A stretch of DNA of 64,000 bases from positions 1,178,001-1,242,000 of the forward strand of contig LSRY02000017.1 in the NCBI GenBank assembly GCA_001643675.2, in the 5' to 3' direction. Origin of the DNA: Monocercomonoides exilis PA203. Taxonomy: Eukaryota > Protista > Preaxostyla. The notes under the pieces were generated by a model, which did not search any database, was not told where the DNA came from, and saw only the letters and a program-made list of their open reading frames with translations. Position numbers and translations under genes: made by a program. Within the stretch, counting starts at the first letter, position 1. Every line of letters begins with the position of its first letter. This document shows, piece by piece, positions 20,829 to 34,994 of this stretch.

Positions 20829-22818
20829 TTATTTCCCGCCTCTTTTCCTCTTCTTGTTGCGGCTTTTGTTTGCACCTTTACCGTCTTTAGAAGACACCGA
20901 TTCCTGATTCTTTTTGAACTCTTCACTTTCTTTTGTTTTATCTTCCTCATCTTCATGATCTTCTTCTTCTGGTTCAGGCTCTTGTTCGGTATTCTGTTGA
21001 TTTGCAGAATTATCTTCATCTTTTTCTTCTTTTTCTTCCTTTCCATTATCGTTTTCTTCATCATTCTTCCCCGCTTCGCCTTCAACCCTTTTATCTTCCT
21101 CGCTATTCTTCTGCTCATTTGAATCATCTTTTCCTTCTTCCTTATTCTCATCTTGCAATTTCCCTTCTTCTTCTCCTTCTTCCACTCCCACTTCTTCCAC
21201 GTCTGCAGCTTCAGTGTCAGTCTCGATGCTGGTACCATCTCCCGCATCAACGCTGTTATGCTGCTTCTGCGGAGGAGAATGGAACGAAGGTGAAGAAGGA
21301 TCAAAAGAAGACTCATCAATGGAAATCATATCCACAGACGTAGGCGCAATAAATGAATCTGTCAACTGCCCTTGCATCAAATTGTCTTCGGCTTCATCGT
21401 ATTCAGCTTCATTTGTTTGATCTTCCTTTTCTATTTCTTCTTCTTCTTCGTCTTCTTGTTCAACTTGTTCGACTTGCTCATCTTGAATCTTGACACTATC
21501 TTCATTCTTTTGATGCACTTCATTTTTTTCAGTATTATTTAAAAAAGCTGAATTTTCTTTCTCATTTTCTCTCCTTTCTTCTTTAACAGAGACAGGCACA
21601 GCCTGCTCCATAACATTCATCGCTTGGAAGCTGTTGCACGGCTTGTCTGCTGGCATTGACGAAGGTGCTAAAGTCGCTGGAAAAGAAAGTGTGTCCGATG
21701 TTTTAGCATCTGAAGGGGTAGAAGAAACTGTTGTTGTTGTTGTTGTTGTTGAAGGAGATATTGAAGATTGAGAAGGAGTCACCTCTGAAACAGATGCGGG
21801 AAATGATAGGGCAGGCTGAGTAAACGGATTATTTCCTGAAGTTAAAGGAAAGGAGGGAATAGGAGGAAATGACGTGGGCATAGAAGGGATTGAAGATGAA
21901 AGAGATGAAGGAAAAGATGGAACTGGCGCAGGATCAGAAGTCTGAACACTCGAAACCGATTGGGAAAATGAAGTGAAGCCTGTAATGTTTGGTGTGAATG
22001 CGAATGAAGTTTGGAAAGTTGGACCTTTATTCTTCTCCGATGATACTGGTGCTGCAGGAAATGAAACTTCAGCAGATGCTGGCTCAGCCTTAAAGGCAGT
22101 CGAATCAGTTAATTCAGGTTCTGCCGAAAAACAAATCATTTTAGTAGCCGGAAATGATGTTGATGAAGCACTTGAAGAGGTGTCAGCTGGCACACTCGAG
22201 GAATTTGATAAAGGCTCAGAAGCAAAAGAAGATGATTTATTTGATTTGTTATCTGAATTCTCTCTGTAAAGATTGGCAAGATTTTGATAAATATTTTGAA
22301 GTGTAGTCTCTTCATCCATTCGTTTGATTTTCCATTCTTTTTTTTGCTCTTCTATCGCTTTCCTTCGTTTGCTAAGCTGCTCCCTTCTTTCTTTCAAAAG
22401 TATTTCCTTGGCTTCAGCGTTTGCTTTAATTTCCCTTTCAAAGTTTTTTTCTATTGAACGATTAGCTTCCATTGTTTTTAATGATTGTTGTTGCTGCTCT
22501 AAAATTTCGGCTCTTTGCTTTTGCTTTTGAGAAATGAGGTTTGACTGAAGACTTTGAATATGCGCAGTTTCTTCTTTCTCCTTTGCAATTTGCTGAAGTT
22601 CACGTTGCTTGATATGTGAAATTTCGCTTTGAAGATGCTCCATTTCTTTTATATGCAGAGACTCCTCGGATTTGTATTTTTCTGATATTTCTTGAACTTT
22701 TGATTTTAAAATCTTCATTCTCTGCGCTTTCACTTCTTGTCGAAGAGCAATAAACTCTTGCAAAGCATCTAATTGATCCTTTAACAATGACTTTCGTGCT
22801 TTCAATTCCTCTGTCATG
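20829..22818 (-). CDS. Hypothetical protein: N-terminal coiled coil, Ser/Pro-rich middle, acidic tail, basic C-terminal NLS-like end
   Basis: Long ORF; first ATG at 22818 (MTEELKARK); ends RNKKRKRGGK. Confidence 0.8.
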
Positions 22819-23004
22819 TTTTCGTTCTGAATTATGTAATGTATCAAAATATATTAATAAAGAAAAGATTGCATTTTAATTTTCATATATAACGTAACAC
22901 ACGCTATTTGAATGAGTTTATCAAAGAAAATGTACGAAAACAAAACTTATTTCGAATGAAAAGCACAATTGTTTTATGATCAAAATGAATAATATATATA
23001 ATTC

Positions 23005-23637
23005 ATGAGCTCAACAAAAACATACGTCGTTGACGCAGCAAACCCAACAGGGGAAGAAAAGAGGTTAGCTGATGAAAAGCAGATAATTAATGACGTTAGA
23101 ATTGAGCAAGAATGGGCTGTTCAGGCAGTTAAATACTCTGAAGTTTATATGAAATTATTAAAGGCTATCGAACCTGAAAAATTGAAACTTTCTCCGTTTG
23201 ATATCATATGTTTTTATTCAATTTCATTTTTTATTTGTGATTTTAGTATTGATGATGAGATATATCGAAGGTTTCGCGAAGTCTTTCCTTCTTTAAATGT
23301 TGAACATCTTGATGAAGATGAAATGAAGTCAAAAGCAGGAAAAGAAAAATGGAGGCCATTGTTGATGGAGGTTTGAACATCCACATCGGTTATTTGCTGT
23401 TTTCAATAATTGATTCACAGTTCAAGGGAAGAGTGAAAGATTGGGATCTTGGAACACTTTTAAGAATTGACTCGAAAAAGGATATGTCAGAAGAAAATTC
23501 TACAATAGGTTTGTCTTTCTTTTTGTTTTTATTGCATATTTGTTAAATTTGCATTTTTAGCTCCTCGAATCCAATTTTTATGCATTGAACTTGCAAGAAA
23601 CAAGGAAGGATTTAACAAAGCTATTCACGAGCAATAA
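23005..23637 (+). CDS. PBDC1: PBDC1 / yeast YPL225W (Chp1) family protein, 4 exons
   Basis: IEQEWAVQAV..VYMKLL, DDEIY..FRE.FP, DEDEMKSKAGKEKWR, D...GTLLR.D, EENSTI-APRIQFLCIELARNKEG. GT-AG introns at ~23196-23246, 23371-23420 and ~23509-23560. Confidence 0.9.
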
Positions 23638-23909
23638 TATCTAATCATTCTCGTCATTATGATTTATGCTAATTTACGATTTTCTTCTTATTTTTCTAGT
23701 TTAAAGTTTATGAAGCTCGGAAAGAAATGAAAAAACGCTATTTTTTTTCACTACCTGCTATCTCTCATTTCATTCACATCACTCTCTCAGAAAAGGAGAA
23801 AAAAATAAATAAATAAAATGATCTTTGAATATTTGATATGTTGCGTAGTGATATTGTTTCCAACACAACAATTTTCTGATTGTACAAAATTATGAACTGA
23901 ATTGAATGC

Positions 23910-26900
23910 TTAATCAGAAGATGTGAAAGAAAACTTTGGCTTTGTTGGAGCTGAGCGAAGAGCAACTACAGGAAGTTGAGAGGATTCCGAAGGTGTAGAA
24001 GAAGATGAAGCAGTTTCTTGAGAGGGCTGCTTGGCTGCAGGAGCACTAAGTTCATCCTCAGTAAGAGTTGGTGGAACAGGACGAACATCAACACTCACAG
24101 CAACATTTGAGGTTGCAGCAGATGATACAAGACCTGCTTGCTTTTCAGCAACTGCAATCACAGCTGACAGTGCTTGTATCACAGCAGTCACATTTTGTGT
24201 CAGCACAGATGATTCCTTGAACAGTGGAGTGTCGTCAAAGATTCCGAGAGAATGTGCTTCAACAGCTCTTTCAATTGTGAAGACACCGAAACGCAGAACT
24301 TCTCCAACCAATCCATTCCATGTTTGTGAGCGTGCTTTCAGTTCAGCAGGCGTTGCTCCTTCTGTCTCTGCGCTGGCCTCGATATGAGTAGCCTTGCCGC
24401 CACTTTTGGCAGCAATGATTGCTTCTGAAAGACGGAACAGTGCATCCGCAATGTTGTCGGAAAGGGTTTGTGATGAAGCAGAAGCTGATGAGCTTTCTTT
24501 CACACCAAATTCAGAGCAAAGTCTTTTTTCGTACTTGTCAATAGCTGTGCGAAGCTGTGAAGGAATGTTGTGGTGTTGATGAGCAAAGCGAAGTGCTTTT
24601 GTAATCTTCGAGAACAGCTGGAATGCAGGTGGTTGTTTTGTGCATTCAACGGGAGGCTCATCAGAAGAGGAAGAAGAAGACGATGATGAAGGCGATGAAG
24701 ATGAAGAAGCACTGTCATCATCACCAACATTTGAGACGGCAGCAGTGCAAGCAGGGCAGGAGCATGCAGACGGGGTGTTTGCAGCGTTGAGTGCAGCACT
24801 GTTTGGAAACAGAAGTCGCAGAATCTCCATCACAACACGCTGCCATTGGAAGTACTCATCTCTAACAAAGATTGTGCAGTTGATTGCAGATGGGAACTTA
24901 ACCTCTGGCTTTTCGACTTTCTTTTCTTCAGCAACCTCTTTCTTTTCTTCTTCCTTTTTCTCTTCTTCTTTCTTTTCATTCTTCTTTCCTCCTTTTCCAG
25001 CACCGGCTCCTCCTTTCTTTTGTCCTCCTGCTGTTCCCTTTGGTTTTTTGGGTTGAACAAACTTTTGCACAGCAAGTCTTGCTTCTCTGAGAGTGTCAGT
25101 GAAGAACTCACCTTCTTCAATCACTTTCTTGTCAGCTGCCTCGGCCTCAGCTGTGTTTGGAATAGCAGGCCATGTGCCCTGTGTCACAGTGCGCTCTTTT
25201 CCAAGAACATTTCTCCAGATATGTTCTGCATAGTGTCTGCAGATGGGCGTGATCAGAAGCACTGATGTTTCAATGTATTTCTTCAGAAGCTCGGGATGGA
25301 TTTTGCCGTCAGTCAAATCTCTGCATTTATCTCTGGCATCGACAATGAAGTTGTATCCTCGCGTGACTCCTTCTCTGAACATCATCTGTCCAAATGCTCT
25401 GTCTGCTTCACGAACAGCTGCATTCATCCGTGCATCAAACAGCTTCTCAAAGAAGCTGAGCTCCTTTGTGACAAATTCAGGCAGAAGGCATGCGTGATTT
25501 TGCTTTGCGAACACATCTTTTCCACCAAGTGCAGCGACTGTTTCCTCAATCCATGTCAGCTCCTTTGTGAGTTTAAGCGTAGCTGTGTTAGCATTTGATG
25601 TCTTGAAGTTGGCATCGTCCCAGCTGTCTCCTGCATCAGCAAGCGCCAGACGCACTGCAGATGCACTGAACTTCTCTATGGCTTCTCTCAGAGTCAGGAA
25701 ATTGCCTGTAGATTTTGACATTTTCTCCTGATTCAGCAGCAGATGTCCATTGGGACGGATTCCCTTTGGCCAGAATTTCTCTTCAAACATGGCTGTATGG
25801 TTGAACAAATAGAAAGTCAGATGATTTCTGATCAGATCTTTTCCTGACACACGAACATCAACAGGGTACCAGTATTCAAATTCCTTTCTGCAGCGCAGCA
25901 GCTTCTCTTCGAACTCTTTGTCAGCTTGTGCAGCTGCTGGAGTTGTATTTGTGCGGCAGAAGATGAAGTCCCACACATCCGGAGTTAGTTTGTCAGCGGT
26001 GATTCCGAGCTCACCAGGCTTGCTTCCGTACATATCGCCCTGGAGGAGATGGCAAATTGTGTAATACGCATTGTAGATTGTACTGTCAGAAAGAGACTCA
26101 ATAAGCACAGTCTCGTCCCAGGGAAGACGTGTGCCCAACCCGAACTGTCTGGAGCAACCCCACTCTCTCAGCCAGTCAATGGTGTGCTCGAAGGTCTTCT
26201 TCACTTCAGGGAAGAACACATTGCAATGTTCAAGTGCTGCATGCACTTTCTTCTTCCACTCAGGGTTGCCATAATCCAGATACCACTGATCACACATAGC
26301 CACCACGCAAGAGTCGCCTGAACGAGAGATGACAGGCTTCTCTGGCTCGTAATAGACCATAGCATCACCTGAGTCAAGAAGCATCTTGCGCACCTGATCT
26401 TTGGCTTCAGTGATGCGCTTGCCCTTGTAAGGTCCATCCACACAGATGACACCAGTGTAGAAGCTGCGCTGATAGCTTTCTTCTTTCGCTTTCTGTTTCA
26501 GCTCTGGAAGATTACCAGCACCTTTGGCTTCAATGATCTTCTTGATTTCCTCGCAGTAGTCGCGGGCAATCATATGTGTTTTCCTCACTTGTTGTGTGGA
26601 TTCCTGTTTCTCGGCTTTGCCTTCTTCGTCCTTCTCCTCATCTTTCATATCCATTAGCCCGCTATCCTTCATCTCAACCTCGATGATTTCGATGGGCTGA
26701 ATGTCTTTCACCCACTCTTCCTTAACACCCCATTTTTCGCACAGCTCTGGCTTTGTCTTCAGCTCCTCCAGACCCCACCAATCGTCAGGTGCATCAGAAG
26801 GCACAGATGTGACCACACCTGTTCCTTTCATCTCGTTCACACCAGCATACGGCAGTGCTCTCACAATCTTCATTGGTGAGAGGCATGTTTGCAGCTCGCA

Positions 26901-28199
26901 ACCAACAAGATCTGAGCCCATTGCAGTTGCCAGACATTCGACTTTTCCGAATTCGTCTGTGTGGAGCTGATGGGCAAGGTTGAGTGCAGCACGCTCTGTG
27001 CACACAATTATCCCTTCTCCTTTCTTCAGGCGGTACGCTCCATACTTCACCTTCAGCCCGACCCAGCAATTGGTCTGCCCGTACATTGTTTCAGGACGAA
27101 GAGTAGCTGCTCCAAAGAAGATCTCTTCTGTTTCGTTCTTCAGGCACTCAAATGCGGCTGGAAGGCGGTCCTTCAGCATGCGCATTTTGATGATGGTGTA
27201 TTCCTGTGGCACAACACCTTCACCTGAAGCTCTGTCGTGGTCCGCACAGGGCTGCTGATCTGTAATTGAGTAAACGCTTGGACGTTTCCCAAATTTGATC
27301 AGCCCCATTTCATGCAGGCGAGTGAATTGCCACTTCACAAATGAATCAAAATATGGATTGACATCTGTTGTCACAAATGTGCGTCTCCAATCTGTCATTG
27401 ATCCATAAAATTTAAGATCGTTCTAAATGAATGAAAAAGCAAAAATATTCCCATTTTGAAAAATGTGTTATTAAAAATCATAATAATTTGGATCAAACCA
27501 TTCCAATTGGAGGAAAGTAATTAACCCAATGAAGTGAATCTTGGAACTTTGGTACTTCTTCTTCAGGGATTCCCATCATCTTCAGAATCTGGAATTGAGG
27601 CACATTAGCAACTGTTTTGGCATTTGCTTTTGATTTGTTTGACTTTCCTTTAACCTTTTTATTTGAAGCGTCTTCTTTTTCTTCCGTAGGCTCTGGAGCA
27701 ACGGGCTTAATTTCAGTGTTTCCAGATGCAATTTCACGCTTCAGTTTTTCAGCAGAAGCAGATATTGGCATTCCTGTGCAATGAAAAGCCATTGGATACA
27801 AAACATCGTACCCCTTTTCTGCCCAATAACCAGCTGCAAAATCGGACTTTGAAAATGTGAAAGCATGCCCCAGATGGAGAAGACCACTGAAAATATTTTG
27901 TTGAATTGAATTTGTAATTGAAATGATTTCAGCAAAAAATTGAAATTAAAAGTGGATCGAATAAATATGTTTTTGATTTATGTTATAAATTAGTAAGGAT
28001 ATTCAAATAGTAGCAAATAAACAAATGCTTCACACTTCATGTAAGCAAAAGGAAATGTCACCATAAATTTGCGTTTTGGCTCCTTAAGCTCTGTTGGTGC
28101 AGCAACTTCAAATGTTTTTTCGGTTTCCCATATATTTTTTACATTATTTTCAATATCTTTAAGAGTATCAAGCCTCTTTGTACTCGATTTTTCCTCCAT
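23910..28199 (-). CDS. LARS1: Cytosolic (eukaryote/archaea-type) leucyl-tRNA synthetase, 3 exons
   Basis: FPFAYMN-GLLHLGH (HIGH motif, across a splice), FHCTGMPI, CADHDRASGEG, ATLRPET, GTGVVTSVPSDAPDD (CP1 editing domain), ESLSDSTIY, SGKDLI, KMSKS. Exons ~28199-28036, 27886-27499, 27422-23910. Confidence 0.97.
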
Positions 28200-28258
28200 G
28201 ATTTTAATGATCAAAAACCATAGTAAACATTATTTTAAAAGAATTCCCACAACTAATT

Positions 28259-31200
28259 ATGTTTGCTTCCCTTGATTACTTAAATCGGGAGAAGAGTCAA
28301 ATAGAGGGAAAATTAAATGCAATAATTAGTAGCAACGATATTAAAGAAGCATATGAAGCAATTTCACCTCTTTCTAGCTCTTATATGGTTGCACTCGAAA
28401 AAATAAATTCTCTTTGGGGAAAAATGCACACATCTCAGCAAGCTTTGGGAAGCGTTGCATCAAAAATAAGAGTTGTGAATGCGGAAATTTATAATCAAGA
28501 AGAGAAAACAAAACGGTCAACAAGACTGGATTTAGCAAAAGTGTGAAAAATTGTTTATTTACATTATTGTAAGATTCAAAAAACACCACTTTCATTAATA
28601 GGATATGCAACAAAAAGTCATCCATGCTTTAGAAAGCGACGATGTGTTTCAAGCAGTTGACCTTGTTTCTTCATTTGTCGAACGTCATTTGACAAATGAC
28701 ACGCCGGAGTATTATTCATTCAATTCTTTACCAATTCCTCAATCAATAACTGCTAGAGCATTGAAGATATATGAAGATGACGAATCAATGCTTCTCATTA
28801 AGCAAGTTAGAGAAACTGTTGCTTCAATTTTGCGAAAAAAGTTGAAGCAACCATCTTTGGACAATTTAATGAAAAAGGCAATAGTATTAAATATTGCAAA
28901 GTTAGGGAAGCGTGATGAAGGATATGCTCATCTTCTTGATTGGAAGCTTGAGGAACTGACAAGCTTTATGGAAAAAAACATCGTTAAAGTCAGACAATAT
29001 CAACTTCTAGAAGAGAAACTGTCCGCATCTGGCTCATCATCGCTAGACTCAACGCATACAACGCAAACAGAAAGCAAAGACGAAATAGGTACTACGGAAG
29101 AAGAAGAAGAAGAAGGGGAATCGCTTCTTGATGGATTGGATGTTGGAAAGCAGTTCGAAAAGCCTAAACCGAAGCCAAAGCCAGAAATAACCACTTCGTC
29201 CCCACAGTTTTTGTACAACATCGAATACCACAACTTGTTTGAGAACATTCTCAAAAAGCTCGTTGCGACATATTCAGATGTTGCGTCTGTTATCAAAGAA
29301 GGATTTGATTGGACAGTTGATGTTTGTGGATTTTATTGAGTTTCACAAGAAAATTTCAAATTAACTTTGTTTTTTCTGGAATGTTTTGTGATTAATGAAT
29401 TTATTTCTCAGGAATTTCATCTGCAAAATCGGATAATGGCCGAATGCGACTGTGCGACCGTCGAAATTCTGGAGCTCTTTTTCCGGCACACAAAGATCGA
29501 AGATGTTGCCAAAGCAGCTTTCACTGCACCTCTTCCTTCTGCTTCTGCCTCTTTCTCTTCATCGTCTGGATCTCCTTCTCCTCCAACAGACGGTGCATCA
29601 TTCGCCATAACAGTCAAGTCAACTGTGACGCTTCCTTCTTCATCTTCTTCTGCCTCTTCTTCAGCTTCGTCCTCATCTTCAAGCATTCTGCAGTCAACCA
29701 CTTCTTCTTCTGCGCAGTCTCGAACAACAACAAGAAAGCTCTATTTGAACGAATTCGACCGTCTTCTCACGAAAATTGCTTCTCTCTCTTCGGCTGTCAC
29801 GAAAATTCCAGAGTTTATAAGGGTTAAGGTATGTCTATAAGTTTTTATAATGTTATAGAAACAAGTTTTGAGAATAATAAAAGAATGAGAATTGGATATT
29901 TTAAATATGAGCATGATATTGTTGCACCATTTCATTCATTTTTATCGAAAAACGAAATTCTTCTCTCTGTTTATCATTTATTCATTTCTCATTTCTTTAT
30001 ACTTAATTTTTCTTTTCTGTATTTATGTATATCATATTTTATTCAGCATCTGATGTATCTCTGCAGACTGAAACGAAAGGGGTTAGCATTTCCACTGCGC
30101 AGCAATCCTTCTCTTCAGACAACACAAAAAAATCAATCTCAACTGCCATCAGCTGCAAAAGCATTAACTCCACCAGAAACTGAAGATGTTTCTGCTTCAT
30201 CATCATCATCATCTTCTTCTTCTCCTTCTGAAACATCATCTTCCCAACAACCATCAACCTCATCTCTATCAAACAATCCATCTGAAATAACTGCTGCTTC
30301 CTCCTCCTCATCTGCTGACAAAGCTATTCCTTCCACAATCCAATCACCTTCTCCAGACAAAGACACACCCGACGAGCAAAACTCCCCAAGCCCTGTTTCC
30401 TCCCAAAGTGAAGTCATCCCCCCCTTCTTCGCCTATCTCAGCAAATGCCGCTCTGTGAAGCTGACACAAGAGATCCTCTCCTTCTACTCCCCACTCGAAG
30501 TGCGCTACCTCCTCTTCGCCTGCCACGTGGCTGTCATCGTCGACAGCGGCTGGGCAACACAGCGTGGCTCTTCTTCTTCTTCTTCCTCTGATCAGCGGAG
30601 GATTACCCGCTCCTCATCTCCACCGCGGATGGTCTCTGCCTCGCCGCGTGTCTCTCCACACTCTTCGCTCTCGCCCAGCACCCTGCCCTCTGACAGCATC
30701 AGAGCATCCGGGCAGCCAAATGTCACACAGCCGCCCACGTCGTCGGCAGTGGACGACATCGTCGGCATCATCCAGCACTGCGCCACACGAGCACTTTCAA
30801 CAGAGTCGGTGAACGCGTCTGTCGAGTTGATTGTGGCATCGGGCGATGTCATCCTGGGAAGCCTGCTCCCTTGGATGATGCACCGCTTTTACGTGGCCAG
30901 GACAGCCGCAGAGAAAGAGCAGAGAGAGAAAGCGAAGCTGGAGAAGGCGCACCACCAGCAGAGCTTGTCGGGTTCTTCTCTTTCTGCGTTCTTCTCGTTT
31001 GGCTCGCAGTCTCCCAGTGCCATGGCATCTGCTGTGTCTCCGTCGATCCTTTCATCCTCTGTCAATGCAATGCCTTCCTCTTCCTCTGCCTCTTCTTCCA
31101 CTTCTCTTCTCTCTTCTTCCCCTGTGCCTTCCATTCCATTCGTCGCTCCTGCACAGAAAGTAGGCAATACAGTCCGAGGGTTCTTCACAGAGTCGGTCAA

Positions 31201-33054
31201 GTCACTTTGGCGGGGCGTGATGAAAGGCTCAGGAGGAGATGTGTTTGTGCCAGGGGAAGAAAACAGCCTGCAGCGTGCTCCTTCTCCCTCGGCTGTGGTC
31301 AATGGAAGCGCATCGAGCTCTCCTTCTTTCTCTTCGCCTTCTGGCTCGCCTGCGCCTCCGATGCCTGCAAATTTGCTGGATGGTGAACTGAACAATACAA
31401 CTTCTTCTTCTTCTTCTTTTGCTTCTGCTTCTGGTTCACCTTCTGCCTCTCCATCAACATCATCAGCATCGTCCCTGTCTTCTCTTCAGCCTTCTCCTGC
31501 GCCTTCTCCTTCTCCTTCTCCTGCCCAGCAGGCAGACATAAGTGCTCTGATGCTTCCATCTGGTTCATTTCCATTTCCATCTCTTTTATCATCATCATCT
31601 TCTTCTTCTTCCTCTTCTACTTTATATTCTTCGGCTCAGCGCTCTTCCTCTCTGTTTCCTCTGTTTTCTGGTGCTGGCATAACATCCTCAACATCTTCTC
31701 TTTCGTCTTCTCTTTCTTCTACCCAGTCTTCCACACAACCCACCTCTTCCATCACACTCACTTCACCCAAAAATGACATGATTGCTCTGAAGAACCTGCT
31801 GAAGAAGAATCCTGCTCCTTTTATTCCCCCATCCTCCTCGTCAGCTGCATCCAATCCATCCAGTAGCTATGCTTCTTCTTCTTCTTCCTCTTCCTCTTCA
31901 TCTTCTTACTCCTCTCAATCATCTCCTTTGTCTGCTCCAGCCACTTTGGCAGGTGTCTTGTCTGTAGAGCTGTGCCAGGGAATGAACAACATCGAGGCCG
32001 CTTTGATTGGCCTGCAGAAGGTGCAGGCAGAAGTTGTGCCGTGGGGAATGGAGCTTGTGCAGCCAGAGGAGAACACACCGCCAGAGATGAGGGTGACAGC
32101 GGTTGATGCGAATAGAAAAGAGGAGGGAGAAAGAAAAAAAGAAGGAGAAGAGGAAGAAGGAGGAAGGAGAAAAGATGATATTGAGCTGAACAACTATCTT
32201 GTGATGAAGGAGAAAGAGAGGCAGAACAGCGAAGAGAAGATGAAGATGGCTGCTGAGAAGTGGAAAGAGGCCGAACGAGAATTGAAGGAGTGGAGACAGC
32301 GGTGCATCACACTGGTAATTCCGATGTTCAGCAACGCTGTCTCTCCTTCCTTCTCTCTGCTCGCTTCTCTCTCATACGAACTCAGCGAGTCTGCTTTTCT
32401 CTCTATGGGCGCGTCTGCCTCGCCCTTCGCTGCCTCGCTCACCGGCGCTGTAAAAGACTCCCTTCGCCTGCTGCAGCCGCTTCTTCTTTCTTCGCTTTTT
32501 GCCGAGCTGGTGAATTCCCTCCTCTCTACCCACATCCTCCCACTCATCCTGTCCACTCTGGCGTCCCGCAGGTTCTCACTCCACGGGGCTTTCCTGTTGG
32601 ACAGAGACGTCAGGTCGCTCAGCTCGTTTTTCTCTTCGCTTTCGGCTGTGCCGGTCAAATCGCTGTTTGCCCCACTTGCTCAGATGGTGCATTTTCTAAG
32701 ATCAGAATCAGTGTGTTATTTTTTTTAAAAAATTGTTATATAACTTTAAATGAATGACTTAAAACAACATATACGTTTTGTATTTATTCTTTAATTATGT
32801 TATTGTTTTAATTTTTTTTTAACTTTTTGTTGATTAGATTTCTGAGGCAAAAGATTACTATGACTTATCGCTCGCTAGAAGAAATCTATTGTTTTCATCT
32901 GATGATGTGAAAAGGGTTTGAATTTTATCAAATTTTATCATCTTTATATTATATTTCCCATCAACATTTTCAATAACTGCTTTTTTGAATTTAGATACTT
33001 TTGCTTAGAAGTGATTTCAACCCAAATACAGTTGCACATCTTGCACTTGGCTGA
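28259..33054 (+). CDS. COG4: Conserved oligomeric Golgi complex subunit 4, multi-exon, with large Ser-rich inserts
   Basis: SAVDDIVGIIQHCATRALST, SYELSE..F, RFSLHGAFLLDRDVRSL..FF...VKSLFAPLAQM and terminal DVKRILLLRSDF match COG4 hallmark segments. Exons ~28259-28540, 28602-29321, 29411-29828, 30066-32710, 32839-32914, 32995-33054 (boundaries approximate). Confidence 0.8.
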
Positions 33055-33188
33055 AAGTTCCATTGAGCATTTCATCTTTGTTTTATTTTGCACTAGATGA
33101 AATAAATGTTAATTTTTCATTTCAAAAGGAAATTTTGAGAAAAAAAAGTATTGTTTCATTTTGATCCAACATTACCAACATTTTTAGA

Positions 33189-34994
33189 ATGAGTCAAAAA
33201 GAAAATGAGGAAGAGGAATTTTCCAGCGAAGAAGTCACTGATGACGAGGTTTTAACGATGCATTAAAACTAATAAATATTAAATATTTTCTATCTTTTTT
33301 GTTATCCACATAAAGGATGTCTTTGGTTTGAATCGTGCTTTTTTTATTTGAATATTATTTTTCGTATCCTAGAGCAAGAAGATTTTAAGCTTCCAGAAGT
33401 CATCACATTAAACTTAATAAGTATGACTTATGGAAAATATTTTTTGACCTTTCAATTTTATCTTTATAATATTTCTAAAGAGAAATTAATTACTCATTTA
33501 AAAAGACTGAAAAGACTAAAACAAAACATGATGAATGAAATTTTAGATAAATCTTCAAATATCTTTAAGGAATTGCCAAACGTCATTGAAATAAATCCTC
33601 GTGAAAATGCTGTTGTAACTGTTGTTGTATGCAATTTATTTTTTTTATAAATTTTGAAGGATTTTTTCTTTTTTCTTTTTTTACCACTTTCAATGCAGGG
33701 TGACACTCATGGACAATTTTTTGATGTTGTAAATATTTTTGAGCGATATGGATTTCCTACCAGTTCACATTTATACTTGTTTAATGGAGATTATGTTGAT
33801 AGGGGTTCATTCGGAACTGAAGTATAATTATAAGCACGTTTTTATTTCGAAAGTTTTTTATATTTGATTATCAAGAACATATTTTTATTATTTTTAATGA
33901 AGCTGGCTTTTCCGATGTATATTCACATATTAAGAGGGAATCATGAAAGTGAGAGATGCACTTCAACTTATGGATTTAAAAATGAGGTTACAGATAAATA
34001 TGGAGCAGCTGCATATTCTCTATTCCTTTCTGCTTTTAATACTCTTCCTTTGGCCGCAATAGTTAATGATGAGATTTTTGTAACCGTGTGCTTTTTATTC
34101 ATTCGTTTTTCAGAGAGAATTGCTTTGTTTGTTGAAATTCTTTTTAAATATATTTATTCATCATAAAAACTTTAGCACGGTGGCTTGTTTGATACATATG
34201 GCGTAACAATAGATATGATTAACAAAACAGATAGGTTTTGCGATCCTGGAATGGAAGGAGGAGATCATCTTATGGAACAATTATTAGTTAGCTTTTATTA
34301 TTTTTATTTATAATTTTAAATCATTTTATTCATAATTATTCCCTTCTCTTTCACTTTGAAACCAACAAACTCTATTAACTCTTTCAATCACCAATTCATT
34401 TTTGAATGCTTATTCGATCAATTTTTCTGTTCATAGTGGTCAGATCCGTCTGAATACTCTTTTATTTTCCCTTCAATCCGTTCCTTTGGCTGCTTATTTG
34501 GGCGCGATGTGACAAAAGAATTCTGCAAGACAAATGGATTGAAAGTAATTGTTAGGTCTCATGAGTGCAGAAAGAATGGTTTCACTATTCAACATGAAGG
34601 GACGCTGGTATGAACATGGCGTTGATTGAAAAATTAATATTCTTTCTTTCTTTTTTTCGCTTGAATTTTTGCTTTGTTTACAATTGTGTTTTTTTTTTTT
34701 TATGTTGTGTAGTTTTTTATGTTCTATTTCATTTTATTTATCTATTCTTATTTTTCAATCTCTCATTCTTTTTCCCACTTTCATTCATTCTCATAATTCT
34801 TTTTTTTTCCTGATATTCATAAACATATCTATTAAAAGATCACTTTGTTTTCAGCACCCTCATATTGTTGTGACACGAATCTTGGAGCTATTCTCAACAT
34901 ATCTTATTCTGAAGGCTCTAGTCATCTTCGTTTCAAGCAGTTCAAAAGTGTTCCTTTTCCGAGATGCAAATGCTACATGACCGGAGAATGTTAG
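33189..34994 (+). CDS. PPP-family Ser/Thr phosphatase, PP5-like catalytic domain without TPRs, multi-exon
   Basis: GDTHGQ, YLFNGDYVDRG, RGNHE, HGGLF, LWSDP, FGRDVT..F...NGL..IVRSHE, TLFSAPSYC; several short introns. Confidence 0.9.

Noticed and set aside
23005-28199. PBDC1 (eEF1A chaperone family) and LeuRS as a translation gene cluster
   Set aside because: Convergent orientation and only two genes; adjacency is plausibly chance.
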